Below, piece by piece: positions 33,803 through 47,059 of a stretch of DNA of 64,000 nucleotides (position 1 is the stretch's first letter; every line of letters starts with the position of its first letter). The stretch lies in the NCBI RefSeq assembly GCF_008831285.2, contig NC_045138.2, positions 16,058,001 through 16,122,000 on the forward strand, read 5' to 3'. The notes beneath the pieces were generated by a model. It did not search any database and had not been told where the DNA came from. It saw nothing but the letters and a program-made list of their open reading frames with translations. This DNA is from Nymphaea colorata (taxonomy: Eukaryota). Made by a program: the position numbers and the translations under genes.

Positions 33803-36800
33803 ATGAGCGTTGATCTCGCGTTTTCCGACCCCAAGGGGAATATCGATTCTCAGATTTCGCAGCTCATGCAGTGCAAGCCTCTCTCCGAGCCAGAGGTTTC
33901 GCTTCTTTCTCTCTCTTTTTTCTGGATTTCGTTATCCCTCCCTTTCTTCTCTTGCCTTAGATCGTTTTCTTTCTTTTTGACTCTCTCGGAGTGTCCTCTT
34001 TTTGTTTCTTGGCAATGCTAATCCGCAAGAAGGGAAAGAGGGAAACGCCTTGCTTTCTCGTACGCATTTTTCTGCACGACGTTTCGGCGTCTTCAATGGA
34101 TCCAGGGCGAGGAATCTTGCCTTCGTCTCTGTTTCCATGCACGACATTTCCCCAATGGACGACATTCCGACCTGTGCTCCCCCTTGACCTGTTGAGGAAA
34201 TGCTTGATTCTTCTTCACCTTCGGAATTTTCAAATCTCTCCCTGCCAAATAATGGGTAGCGCAACTGGTTGAGCCGGGTGGCTTGTAATGGGCACGTTCC
34301 CCGTTCGATTCTCAGGGATCCTGCTATCTGATGACATTGAGAGATGTTGGCATTGGGTGGATTCCCAGGGATCCTGCTATCTGATGACATTGAGAGATGT
34401 TGGCATTGGGTGGATTCCCAGGGGCACTGCTGTCTGATGGCTTTGAGAGATGTTGGTATTGGGTAGGTTCCCAGGGGCACTGCTATTCGATGGCATTGAG
34501 AGATGTTAATATTAGGTCGATTGGCAATAATGTGGCATACGAGACGGGGTGTGAGCGTCCCTCTTCCTCCTTTTCTTTCCTCTCTCTTTTCTCTTGTACA
34601 TGCTTTTTTTCTTTTTCGGTAGGCGCAAGATATGTACATTCGATGGAAGGCTCGAGTCAGATGCTACACATTATGTCCTAGATTGTCTTTCCATTCTTGT
34701 CCTACAACTGTAGTGCCATGTCAAAGCCATTTCTCTGATATAATTCCGTGCCTTTTTCTCTTTCCTGCCTTTTCTAACAATTTGTTATATTCTCGTTCTA
34801 ATGGAAAACACGATTTTATAATTTAATTTAGTTGATGAATCAATAATTGATGATTATTTTCTAAAATGCAGATAAGAACGTTATGTGGAAAAGCTAAGGA
34901 GATCTTGATGGAAGAAAACAATGTCCAGGTGTGGAAGTGCTTACGCTTATTGAAACTATTTCTCTACTTGGATGTATATCTATTTTCGAAAGGTGAATTA
35001 TTCATTAAGAAAGATAAAAAATCTATCAAATATATCAATGTTGCTCTTGTTTCTTGAGTTATGCCATGCATGCTTTGCAGTAATTCTTTATGTGATTATT
35101 TTTCTTTTGTCTGTCCAATACAGCCTGTGAAAAGCCCTGTGACTATTTGTGGTGATATCCATGGACAGTTTCATGATCTTGTAGAGCTCTTCCGGATCGG
35201 AGGAAAGGTACTTCATATCATCTGGCATCTTTAATCTTGAATTCTGCGTATGAACTAAAAATCTAAACATAGAGCTAATGCAATATATTCAAGGCAGTTG
35301 GTAATATCAGTCTGTAATTGATGAATTTGTTGAATCCCATGCCATGATATTGAGCAGTGTCGTACATAATGGTGCATGTTATGAATTGATGTTTTAAAAC
35401 TTTCAGTTCAACTGATGTATCGTGGCTGCAAAATTGATGATTTTAGTTTGTCATGTTATGAATGACACATTTTTTTTTCTTAATCATTTTCCATTTCCAG
35501 ATTTTGTGTTTTTTTAATTAAAAATTCTATATTCTTTTAATATTACTTTACGTATCTAATATTGGCACGGCTGATGCATGTCAGTTTATGCTGTTGATAA
35601 CATTTATCTTGTTTGCTGAAAGATCATAATCGTTGTTCTCCTGAAATTTTCTTGTTGGAGGGGGGAAAAAAAAAGAAGCCCTAAAATGTCTTCTGACTTC
35701 ATAGGTCTTTCCTCTGATATAACTGTCCATATGTCACTGTGAGCTTCACATAGAGATAAGGAACCATTACGTTCTCCGACTTAACATGTCCTTTTTCTTA
35801 TATATGTGGCATTCAACATTTGTTTGTATTACTTCTCCTTCCTCATGAGATGTTTTTTTTTCCCTTCATTGCCTTGAGCAATAGTGCAATAAAATTTATC
35901 TACATCTACAAGAGCAACAACATCTAGAATTTAAGGCAAGATTCAATACTAGTTGCTGAGGTTTTGCATGCATTTGTAAGAGTATTAATACATTAGCTCC
36001 AGATAAAAGCCTTGGGTGTTATACATCACATTCTACTCAGCATGGGCATGACGGAGTAGCTTAGGCACAAATTGCTGTTTTCGGTGCTTTGCTATCTGAG
36101 AATATATTAGAGGCAATTGTAAACAATTTGCTGACTTTTTCATGTCATTCTAATGTGCATGTTCTTTTGGGACTTTATATTTGTATGTATGCTGCTGTTA
36201 GCTGTATTAGTGCTTCATACACTTTCGAGCATTTTTTTGTTTTTCAATTCGTATGGCTTCTCCTTTTTGATCAATTCCATCTCTCCAGTGGCAGCATACT
36301 TCATAGTTGTTTAGAGTCTATGATGCCTGCCTTTTGGATCTTTAAAAGCTATGTCTATGCCGTTCATGGAGAATTGCCTGAATTTCTTCTTCACTATAAA
36401 ATCAAATGTTCATATGTAGTGCCCAGATACCAATTACTTGTTCATGGGTGACTATGTTGATCGTGGATACTACTCTGTTGAAACTGTAACGGTAAGTAAT
36501 GCTCCTTTGAAGCTGTTCCCTGTTCCCTGTTTTTTTTTTGTTTTTTGTTTTTTTCAGTAATGCCTGAGGTAGATGAGAAGTTCATTGTCATTTTATTTTC
36601 TGGGTTGATATAATGCCAAAGATGTACTTAGCATCCAATTCTGAATGGCTGCTCTGAACTCTTATCTGAATGGATGTATATATGTGGTACGCCAATATAA
36701 TGATGGGTTCCATGGAAGAAGAAGACTGTGTTTCTGTTCGTACATACCTAGTCAACAGTTTCACTGAGCATGTTTACAGTTTATCTCTTGCCTTTACCGA

Positions 36801-39800
36801 GTATGATCCTTGTAATTTTAGTTTACAAAGCTGGCAATATTAGGAAATGCAAATTGGATGCAACTGATGTCATGCTTCTCTTTTCTATCCTTTCAAACTC
36901 GAAACAACACAGGTGATTTTATTCAAGGACTCAGTTGAATGCCTGATGTTCTACAAATCTTGCAGGCCCCTTTTGTGACTTTTTATCCTTCTTTTTGCAT
37001 TTAAACGATGCAAACAAAAAAGTTGATGCAGTGGGAATAGTCACAACCCACAAGAAAGTTGAGGCATTAGACATCACTTATTTTAATTTTGAACAATTTC
37101 TATGAGAATTTTCCTTTTCTTTTTTCTGAAGGTCATCTTTGATGTACCATGTTGTGGAGCTGGTTCTTATCTTTAAGTGAAAAATTGTTTTTGTATTATA
37201 ATGTCCCTTCCTTGTAGGTTCCAAATTCACAATCTTTATTGCATGGTTGCAGTATCTTGTGAGCAGTTTGTGATCTGTAAGTTCAAAACTGTTTTGGTAC
37301 TTCAAGATGCCTTGATCAGTTTCTCTAAGACTGAAGCTCACTTGCATGTCTGTGTACTTTCCTAGTGCTTCTACAGTCTCCATTATGTGCATGATTCTTC
37401 TTTCCATGAGAAATTGTGTCTGGTGGTTTCTATATTTTCAACTTGTCAGTGCCTTGGAGATGTTATTTGATGGTTGTGTTACATTTATGCAGCTTTTAGT
37501 TGCCCTTAAGATTCGTTATCCTCAACGCATCACCATCCTTAGAGGAAATCATGAAAGCCGTCAGGTGTGCATTAAAAAGCTATTCCTTGTTATATTGAGT
37601 TGTATAGTTGTTATAGGATAGGATCCACACACCTGGTCCAGCTCAGTTTTAGTCAGTGAAGTAAGCTAGATTTGGTTGAATTTTTCCTTGAAACTGCTAC
37701 CACTTGTTTTCTATATTAAAGTGTAATAATTGCAGTTTGCATATATGGCTACTCTGTAATTTTCTTTTGGTGATTTCTTCTAAATTATGGTTTTGCCTCT
37801 TTGCAGATAACTCAAGTTTATGGTTTTTATGATGAATGCCTGCGAAAGTGAGTTTTTGTTTCTGTTTATTTATTTTCGTAGATCATAATAGCATATACAG
37901 CTGCATTACTGTTTACCTGATTACTCAATTCTTTTTAATACTTTTGACATATAATCCTTGTCCAGTATCACACTAGTAATTCTCTCAGTTACTGGTTTAT
38001 TGCTTATTGTTCTTTTCTTGTAGTTGAGTTAACAATGTTATGTAAGTGCTTATTTCATTAATGCTCTGAAAAGTCAAGTTTTGGTAACTATTTTGTTTTA
38101 TCTTTTTTGTTGATATCTCTATGGCTTTTAGAATCCTCTAAGGAGTTGAATCAGTTTTTGCATAGGAGTCATGTACATAAAATACAATTATGCCTCTTGA
38201 GCAAGACTATGATGTTGGATTCTTTTAATGTAATTTTCTTGTGAAGCATCTCTTTCAAAATAGATGTACCTTTTTCAGTCTCAGGGTCTGATTCACATAC
38301 ATCTGCTTCAGAAAACTATGGTCCTTAAAAACATGAAGAATGCAAATATGGAGTAGCATTTGACTGAATATGGGATGGGTAAAAGCAATGGTGCCATTCC
38401 AAGGCCTATGGACAATAACTGCTGTTCAGTGAAGGCGAGAAATGAACGGAGTTCAACATCCTCGTGTACTTTGGAGTTTGGAAGCAAAACGTGTTTATGC
38501 TACAGTGGGAAGGGGAACATTATTTGAAGTTCATGATAAATCAAAATTTTCCCTTCACCTCATACTTTAACCTTATCAGTTTTTTACCAAGCCTGTGTGC
38601 TTGACAACCTGATGACTATTCTTCAAGAGTCTGCCAATATGTAATTCATGAATTTATTTGTATGAATTGGTTTATCTACCTATAATGATATGCTCTGATT
38701 GCTCTGCTTGATGCCCTGGCAATGCTTTTGGCACCCTTGAATTGCTAATCAGCTTTAGGCTGTTCTCACAATGTTATTTCAAATCATTGATTGTTGGGCC
38801 TTTTTTGGGGATGTTGGCTTTATATTCATGCGTCTGCTTTGTTTGGTCCAAAAATATCATAACTTGTCCATATGGAATAGTTGAAACCAAGTGTGCCTTT
38901 ATGGAATAGGATCTGGACGGGCACAGTTTCTTGTTAGTCCTAGAAAGGGATGTCTCGATCATGGATTGATTTTGGGTGGTAAACCGTGAGTTTTTGGTTC
39001 AACAAGAAGTTGAAGCAGTTTTATCTTAGGATTTACAGTTGTATTAGGCCAAAGTCTTTGTCCAAACCTGAAAAGAAAGAAATTATTAATTGCCTTGTCA
39101 GGTTTTGCCAAATTGCTAGCTACTTTGGGTCCAGTGTAATTCAGAACAGAAGTTTCAATGGTTGAAATAAATAAAGGATTGAATCTACCCAATAATTGAA
39201 TTTTTCTTGTTAAAAAGGTACAATATATCATTTTACTCATTTACTTCTCCCATGCCAGGTAAGTAGATAATTTGACATTCCTTGTTTGAAAGAATTCAAA
39301 CTCGTTTAACCTGACAAAGCTTTTGGATCTGGAATGAAAAAATTCAACCTCAATTAACATGACAAAACTGGAAGTTGGGTATACTAGAGGTGCACATTAG
39401 TTAAAAATAACATATCGTGATATCTGACCCTTACCTTGTTGTTTAAAATAGTCAATTAATCAGCCTAATTGTTGGTCTGTTGACTAATCCTTGACCTACA
39501 AATCTATATGTATGTTCTTCTTATAGGTATTGATGTTTCTGTAGTCTGTACTTATTTCCATATAAATATATGTTTATTTATTGATAGTCAATCTGCTTGG
39601 ACCGAGTAGGACGGACTAGTCTCGATTGGTCTTTTTAGTGTCCTGGAACAACCCCTGTCCAATATCTGGTTTGAAAAAACTAGTTTAATAATTAAATATT
39701 TACAAGTTGTCAATTTGAACTGAAATCTTATTGTCCAGGATTATTTCATGTGTGTGGATTTTATTTACCATAATTATGTTGAAACTCATTTCCGTTATAT

Positions 39801-41281
39801 TTGTTAATTCTCGCAGGTATGGGAGTGCAGCTGTCTGGAAGATGTTCACTGACCTGTTTGACTATTTTCCATTAACAGCCTTGGTGAGTTTCGTGGTAGC
39901 CTTGATTTTGGTGTATGGCAGTATGGGACAGTACACTTCTTTGCTTGTTTAGACAAATGAATTCTTGAAGTTAATTTTTTTGAGAAGATCATTGTCTTAT
40001 TGCAACATTATCTAGAATCGAAAGTGCAGGGTCATTTTTAGTATGCTTTTGAATGCTTTGTAATATGATTTTAATAAAAAAATTGAGCTATAAACGTTTC
40101 TTTATAGTTTTTGTTGGTAGTTGAATGCAGTGTGTTATTGAGGATGTTGTAGATAGAGTACACTGGCAGTTTAGAAAGATTTGGCCCACCCATGAAATTT
40201 GTAAAAAAAGAAAGTGAAAATGGGGCATAGTCATGCCTGGAGGCATGTTATGGTCTGCCACTGATGCTTGTTCCAGTAATACTATCCTCATTTATTTGTA
40301 TAAGTTTCTTCATTGACCGCGGCTAATTCCTTTTGTAAATTCAATAAATTAGGAACCTGCATCAATTTTATGAAGGGAAGCTTTTGTTTGTGTTTAATCA
40401 TTCACATGTGGAGCTGCTCTTTCACATGGTTCCATGGAGACATTCAAATGACTTATGGGAGCAGTTAGTGTTATTCTAAATTTCTGATTATTCTTTGTGC
40501 AATTTTTGTAACTGTTTCTCAATTGTATTTGTTCACTTGGTAGGTGGAGTCCGAGATATTTTGTCTCCATGGTGGTCTATCGCCATCTATTGAAACTCTG
40601 GACAGCATTCGAAATTTTGACCGTGTGCAAGAAGTGCCTCATGAAGGACCCATGTGTGATATTTTGTGGTCTGACCCCGATGATCGATGTGGTTGGGGTA
40701 TGTCACCACGTGGTGCTGGATATACCTTTGGCCAGGTGTTTCTTCACCTATTCTTTTGCCTGATAACCATTTTTGTTTCCCAAATACATTTTGTTCTAAC
40801 ACGATATAGATTGTTAGCACAGGATGTATCTGAGCAGTTCAACCGCACCAATAATTTGAAGCTCATAGCGAGAGCTCACCAACTTGTCATGGACGGTTTC
40901 AGTTGGGGACATGTAATTCTCTTTGTGTGCCTGCTATCTTTTTAATATATTGGCAGGGTTTTGTGGCTGCGGGTGGTTAGTTGCACTTATTTTCTATTTC
41001 AGGAGAAAAAAGTGGTCACAATTTTTAGTGCACCTAATTATTGTTACCGATGTGGGAATATGGCATCCATTTTGGAAGTCGATGATTGCAAAGGGCACAC
41101 ATTCATTCAGGTATTATATTTGTTTTTTGTGCATGTGTGCCTGCATGATTGTGTTTTTGTGTGCATGCTTGCATCTCTGCATTTGGACATTTTGAGATGG
41201 TCTTTGCTGCTGCAGTTTGAACCAGCTCCACGGCGGGGGGAGCCTGATGTGACTCGGAGAACACCAGATTACTTTTTATGA
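33803..41281 (+). CDS. PP2A: Ser/Thr protein phosphatase 2A catalytic subunit (subfamily II, PP2A-3/4-like), 11 exons, 313 aa
   Basis: Exons 33803-33895, 34872-34928, 35124-35207, 36420-36491, 37493-37564, 37807-37847, 39817-39883, 40544-40735, 40823-40912, 41003-41110, 41216-41281. PPP motifs [29 protein letters not shown] and C-terminal TPDYFL. Confidence 0.97.
34313..34507. repeat. Minisatellite, ~3.7 x 53 bp, in PP2A intron 1
   Basis: CAGGGATCCTGCTATCTGATGACATTGAGAGATGTTGGCATTGGGTGGATTCC at 34313, 34366, 34419 and 34472, progressively diverged. Confidence 0.95.
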
Positions 41282-43374
41282 TGAAGCTGTCCTGCTGCTT
41301 GCTGGCCTTTCTGGCCCAAACTTTGAATATGCACTTCTGGCTGAGGAGGAAAATCAACAGCATCATGGAGCTTAAAATTGGGTTTGATTTATTTTCTCAA
41401 GCTTATTACATGCTGGGGCCACAACTCACAAGAAGGAATTATTTAAGGTTGAATTTGTGATGGGTTCTCTAAGATTGGGCTTTGAGATGTACAGACACTC
41501 TCGAGGCAGGATGGGTTAGGAGGGTGAATCGGGAGTCACTGTAGCATGTCATTTCTGGAAAGACGTGCCTTTTTTGAAGTCTGCAGAGGAAGCTCTCTTT
41601 TTTTTTTTATTATTTTTGCTTGCCAGGAACTAAACAAATGTTCTCTGTTTGAGTGTACCATCGATCCAGTATTCGTTGACTATATTATTTGATTCCATTG
41701 TTTTTTGGCCAAGCACTGGCTTCTGTTATATAACATATCTTATTTGATCCAATTCATTCCAGTTAGACCAGCTATTGGAGCGGGCATGATTCTTGTCTAA
41801 TTTCAGGTGCCACAGACACCACCTTCACTTGTATGAGCGGTCATTATAGCAGCTGAAGCAATCTAAATTGCTCCACAGCAAGGAACACGAAGGGAACGTT
41901 CTGGTTTGTCATTCTTAGATACCTTTGAAGGAATCTTCAATGTGATTATGCGGCTAGCAGTTTGAAGTTTGTTCTATTCCGTACCTCACGGTGCAGCAAG
42001 CTATACTAGGAATTCGTAAGAATGCTTTGTTCTCCGTTCACTGACTTTAATGTAGATATATTGTTGAAATTCCGGCATATATATCCTGCTCGAGTCGGAA
42101 TTTGTCCAACTTGGCGGAGGAGCCAATGAAGGTTGCAACTCACTCATAAATTCCCAGTGAAACGCACACATCGAAAGCACATCTGCTATGATCTTGAGGT
42201 TCACTCTAAAGACAAGGATGGATCTGTGACCAGGATGATGACGTATCGGAGCCATCCTTTAAATTTTTATGCAACTTATTATAAATTTATCTAGGGATAG
42301 CTTTCTTTCATAAGGGTCTTTTTCCGTTTCTATTTGTTCTTTTCCATTTTACCATTATTTTCCGTCACCTCAACCTTCACCTCTATAATTCACTACTACT
42401 TGCTCTAATCCATTTCACCACAATTACCCATCATTCCCACCACCGTAGCCATCAGTCACTACTTCATCATACTTATATCGATACTTTCATCGTTGCTACC
42501 GTCATTACTGTGGCTGCTGCTAGTGACTGCACTTTATTGCTCCAACCAACCATGCAAGAGGTGGAACTAGAAAGCACCCCCTTTTTTTTTTCTTTTACAG
42601 AAATCACTTTTGTGTGGGAGACGTGGCTGCTTTGGTGTAATCTGTCCCACTTTGGACAAAATACCATCTAAGGGAGTGCCAATGAATCTATATTGCGTGA
42701 ACCTACTTCAATACTTGAGGCTGAGTCATAATAACCTTATCTAGGGGAAATACAGCAGGGCTTAGCCATACAAAGGGTCTTGATGGGGTTTGAACTCATG
42801 AGCAGCGGCCTATTGGCCAGGCCAGCTCCAAGAAAAGTTTATCTAAACATCCAATCAGAAAATTTCATTAGAAGGCCAAAGATTAATTTCCAAAGACCTT
42901 TCATGTACTAAATCCTTTTCTAGTTGAAAATCTAAGCCCGGGCAGAGTGAGGAGAAGAGTTCGATACCCAGAGCGTTCATGAGCCACCCGATAGATTTAA
43001 CACCAACAAGCTCCTTAACTATACCCCCCACGAGTTAAAAGAAAGAGAGAAGATTTTACAAGGACCTACGCTTTTGATGGCATAATAAAACACACTTAGA
43101 ATTAACATTTCATTCATTGAACCACCATCTTTGTGTGCATCTCATGCGGTTAAAGTACCATATTCAAACTTGCATTCTTCTCCAGCAGAGCCTGTTTTTT
43201 TAAAAATTTAGAAAAGAAAAGATACTTCTATTGCAAACCAGTTTCCATTCATGATCGTTTGAGCAATACAAGCCAAATATTTCACAACACAAACCAATAA
43301 GAACCATGGAACATTCAGTTTGTTATTAGGCCTAGAGTTTCAGCATGAAAGATCTTTTCTAGGATATTGGTCCT

Positions 43375-45614
43375 TCAGTTCCAAATAGACATAGAAAGAG
43401 ACATGAGAAACCAGCCCATGAGTAGAAGAAGGCGTCCAGTCCCCAAGTTGCTTCCTCTTTGGTCGCTCCAACCGCTGGTCGGCGAACTAGAACCATCCAC
43501 AGCTGCACCTTTTGGTCCTGCAAATGAAGGACAATTTTTCGTACATTTTCATTCTCACATGTAAATTCCTTCTCATGCGATGCAGCTTACACATTCTGTC
43601 ATTTACACATATAGATCCTGAGTGTATATATGTTTAGATGCCATCTGGTTTGACTTGAACCGAAAAATGCCTGGACAACTTGCAGTATTTTGGTAGAAAC
43701 TAAAAAGAAACCATGAAGGCCCTATATATATATATATGCCATCTGGTTTGACTTAAACCGAAAAATGCCTGGACAACTTGCAGTATTTTGGTAGAAACTA
43801 GAAAGAAACCATGAAGATATATATATTTGAAGGATTTACTAGTTTTTACTTTTTAGAGTGGAAACGGTGACTGCAAAAATAACAAAGAGAGCGAGAAAAA
43901 TAGGCGAGAGAGAGAGAGAGAGCATCTTCTCTCTCTCTCTCTCTCTCTCTCTTTAGACATGTATGTTCTACCATGCAAAGAGGTAGACCATCAGCTACTG
44001 GTGTCTTTGGCTAAAAAATTTCAAAATCAATCTCTAGCTCCGTTGGATGGATCTCTTTTTTATCATGCTAACAAGATTTTTCAACTTCAATTTTTGAAAA
44101 ATAAAAAAAGTAAGTACTGCGGAAAGATGGTTGGTAACTACGCATACCATTCTAATGAATAAACTCCAAACAAAAAAGATCTTTCTCTCTAAATCAAAAG
44201 TTAAACTGGAGGAGTCAAAACATCCCACATCATTTTCTCTGTTTCGAAGGCTTCAATTATCAGAGAATCAGATCAATAGAGGAAGCCTGCAAGCCTGCAT
44301 CTGATATGCAAATTAATTTCAGAAATCCTCAGGCAAAGAAAGAAAAAAACGAGGATTCACCGATTACCGAAAAACATTGGTAAAACAAGAAGCTACCTCG
44401 ATAAAATTTTTACCAACATCCGTACGTGTGCACGTCTGGACAAGAGCTACTTTGTTGACAAAGAAGTGCAGAAAGAATGTTAGGTGAAAAGTGTGCATGT
44501 GTGTGTGTGCACACGCATGTGCAAGAGCGTAGATTTCTTCAGCCATCCATCCATGGCTGAATGTGTGTGTATATAACTTAGATTTCTTCGGCTCCCCAGG
44601 TGCTTATGAGAGGTCGGCCTGAGTGGCACATGATACATGGTTGAAGAGTGTACAATAGGACCACCAGAAGGCGAATTCTTTCCTGCTCACGTAGAGGAAG
44701 TATCTTTTCTCATCGAGGGTAGAGACACATGGCCCCACGGTTTGGCACCAACCTCAATCTAAAGAAATGTTTTTGAGTTTCAAAATCCACTGATTGATCT
44801 TCTTCCTATGAACATCAAGATCCAGACAAAGAGGGTTTCCTTCTGTTTCGATTTTGCGTCAGAAACTTTGCGCCATGGAAGAAAAAGTTAAGATGAGTAG
44901 GTTGGTAGGTTTGCAACAAGGGACAACTGGGGCCTTGATTTGGCAGGAGACCTGCCAAGAATGAATCTCTCAGACCTCAGCACGATCCAACTGCTCATTT
45001 ATCAGCGTTTTTGGTATCGTTTCGTATCGGCACTAGATCATTACTTCGTATCTGTGTGTTGCCAAATTGAATATGTCCATAAAAAAACTTGAGTTTGCTT
45101 TTGTCTTTTTCTTTAGTAGACTGATATGAGTCGTGGCGTATCGGTTGAGTACGATAGAGCCGGTACCATTGGCTGCCCATGTCAACCAGCAAAATAGTAC
45201 CGGTTCATTCCATAAAGCGAGTTTTTATTCAACTGTAATTGCTAGGTGCAGAGAACGATAGAATTCGTTCTCATTTAGTTGCATAAGTTTTTATTTTATA
45301 GAAAGAATGTGTAAATTGATTTTTTATATTTTCGACTTGAAGAATTGATACGGTTCAAGAATTTAACAGAGCCGACTGACTTGAAACAAATGCCTGGACA
45401 ACTTGCAGTTTTTTGGTAGAAACTAGAAAGAAACCATGGAGGCCTTTTTCCCATGTATAAACCACCACTTTGTGAATGTGCTTCATGGTCTTGTGCTGCT
45501 TTTCATGAAACTAAACTCTCGCACCATTTAAATAAAAATCTAATCTCCACATCATGCTTGTCTTTTCATATAGTAAGCATTAGTGAGGAGGCACAATTGA
45601 ATGGGACACACACG

Positions 45615-45650
<36 letters not shown>

Positions 45651-47059
45651 GTGTCTTTTCTTTTGAAGGATTTACGAGTTTTTAGAGTGAAAACGGTGAT
45701 TGCGAAAATAACAAAGAGGGCGAGAGAAAGTAGATGAAAAAGAAAGAAAAAAAGTTTGATCTCTCTATCACTTTAGTCATGTAATGCAAAGTGGCAGACC
45801 AACAGAACTATACTACAGGTGACTTTAGCTAAAAAATGAATAGAAAATAACAATTATTTTCCAACTTTTGAAAAAAATAAAAGAAGTAAATATTATGTAG
45901 AAAGATGGTTGGTAGCTACTAAATACACATACCCTTCTTATGATTAAGTTCCAAACAAAAGGATCCTTCTCTATAGATCAAGTTCAATTGGGGAAGTTAA
46001 AATATCCCACATCCTTTTCTTGAAGGTTTCAATTATTAGAGAATCAGATGAAGAAAGGAAGGCTGAATCTTATCTGTAAATTAATTTTTTTTCTCATATT
46101 TCAAGAATCCTCAGGCAACAGATAGACAAAAGTCACTTTGCTGACAAAGACGCCCAAAAGGAATGTTAGGTGAAAAGAGTTTCTGTGCATGTGCATGTAC
46201 GTGTGCATGTGTATAGGACCTAGATTTCTTCGGATATACTCTGAAGTCCAAAAACCAGCCCAATATTCATATATTTTCCACTTATAGATGAGATTTTATG
46301 AGAAAAAATGCTCCAACGTTGAGTGACTTCAAAATCTCATATGTGGAATAAAAGAACCAATATTTCAAAGTACAAAATCTTTTGATATTTTCCACACACA
46401 AAGAACACAAATATCTTGTTAAAATTGCATTACAACGTTATTTGGGATGAGGACTGAACCATATTTCGAAAGAATTATGAAGAAAAAAAAAAAAGAAAAA
46501 GCAAAATGAGACGTACCGGGTGGTGCTGGAGTTGAGCCGGCAGGGCTGGGGCTGCCGGAGTTTGGCTCGAAAATCTTAGCATCCGGAGAATTGGGTGCAA
46601 TGTGCAAGATGTCTGCAACAAGGAAGAGGTTCAGTCACCAACAAGGAAGAGGTTTAGTCACACACTACGTACGTAACGAGCGAAAGGCCGCCGAGAAACG
46701 ATGGCAGAGTGGTCGTCACCTAGGCATTCGGTGATATTCGCCGGAATCTTGCAGAAGTCGGGGACGCGAAGGGCCAGCGTGGCGTTGAACTCGATGCCGA
46801 GCTGCGGGTTGTTGCGGTCCTTGATGAGAATGCAGAGGCATTTCCTGTTGGTGTCGAGCACATTCTGCATCCCTCCGCAGCAGTCCTGCGTTGGGACTTT
46901 TGCCTGCCCCTGCACATATGGCAGGCACGGCAATAACGTCGTCAGCGGCGTCGTGCATTCTTTCTTGTCACTCTCTATGTCCGCCATTACCATCGATCCC
47001 ATGAGCCACGGCAACGCCAATCCGAGCACCACCAAGCAGACCCATGCGTTGGAAGACAT
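43375..47059 (-). CDS. GPI-anchored non-specific lipid transfer protein (LTPG type), 3 exons, ~192 aa
   Basis: Exons 47059-46720, 46612-46517, 43517-43375. Signal peptide, 8-Cys motif (C..C..CC..CLC..C..C), ILHIAPNSPDAKIF, Pro/Ser/Gly linker and hydrophobic C-terminus (RLLLLMGWFLMSLSMSIWN*). Confidence 0.9.
43638..46233. repeat. Diverged ~0.9-kb direct duplication plus a ~98-bp tandem copy in LTPG intron 2
   Basis: Blocks AAATGCCTGGACAACTTGCAG (43665, 43763, 45388), GAAAGATGGTTGGTA (44122, 45900), GAATGTTAGGTGAAAAG (44475, 46161) and TAGATTTCTTCGG (44579, 46221) recur in the same order. Confidence 0.85.

Noticed and set aside
32895..34507. Tandem arrays as CRISPR-like repeats
   Set aside because: Units are contiguous with no unique spacers, no cas genes are present, and the context is eukaryotic.
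33932..34639. 235-aa minus-strand ORF antisense to PP2A intron 1
   Set aside because: No recognisable domain; its length is partly due to the 53-bp repeat and low-complexity GA-rich sequence.
42930..43030. tRNA gene
   Set aside because: B-box-like motif only; no acceptor, D or anticodon stems could be folded.
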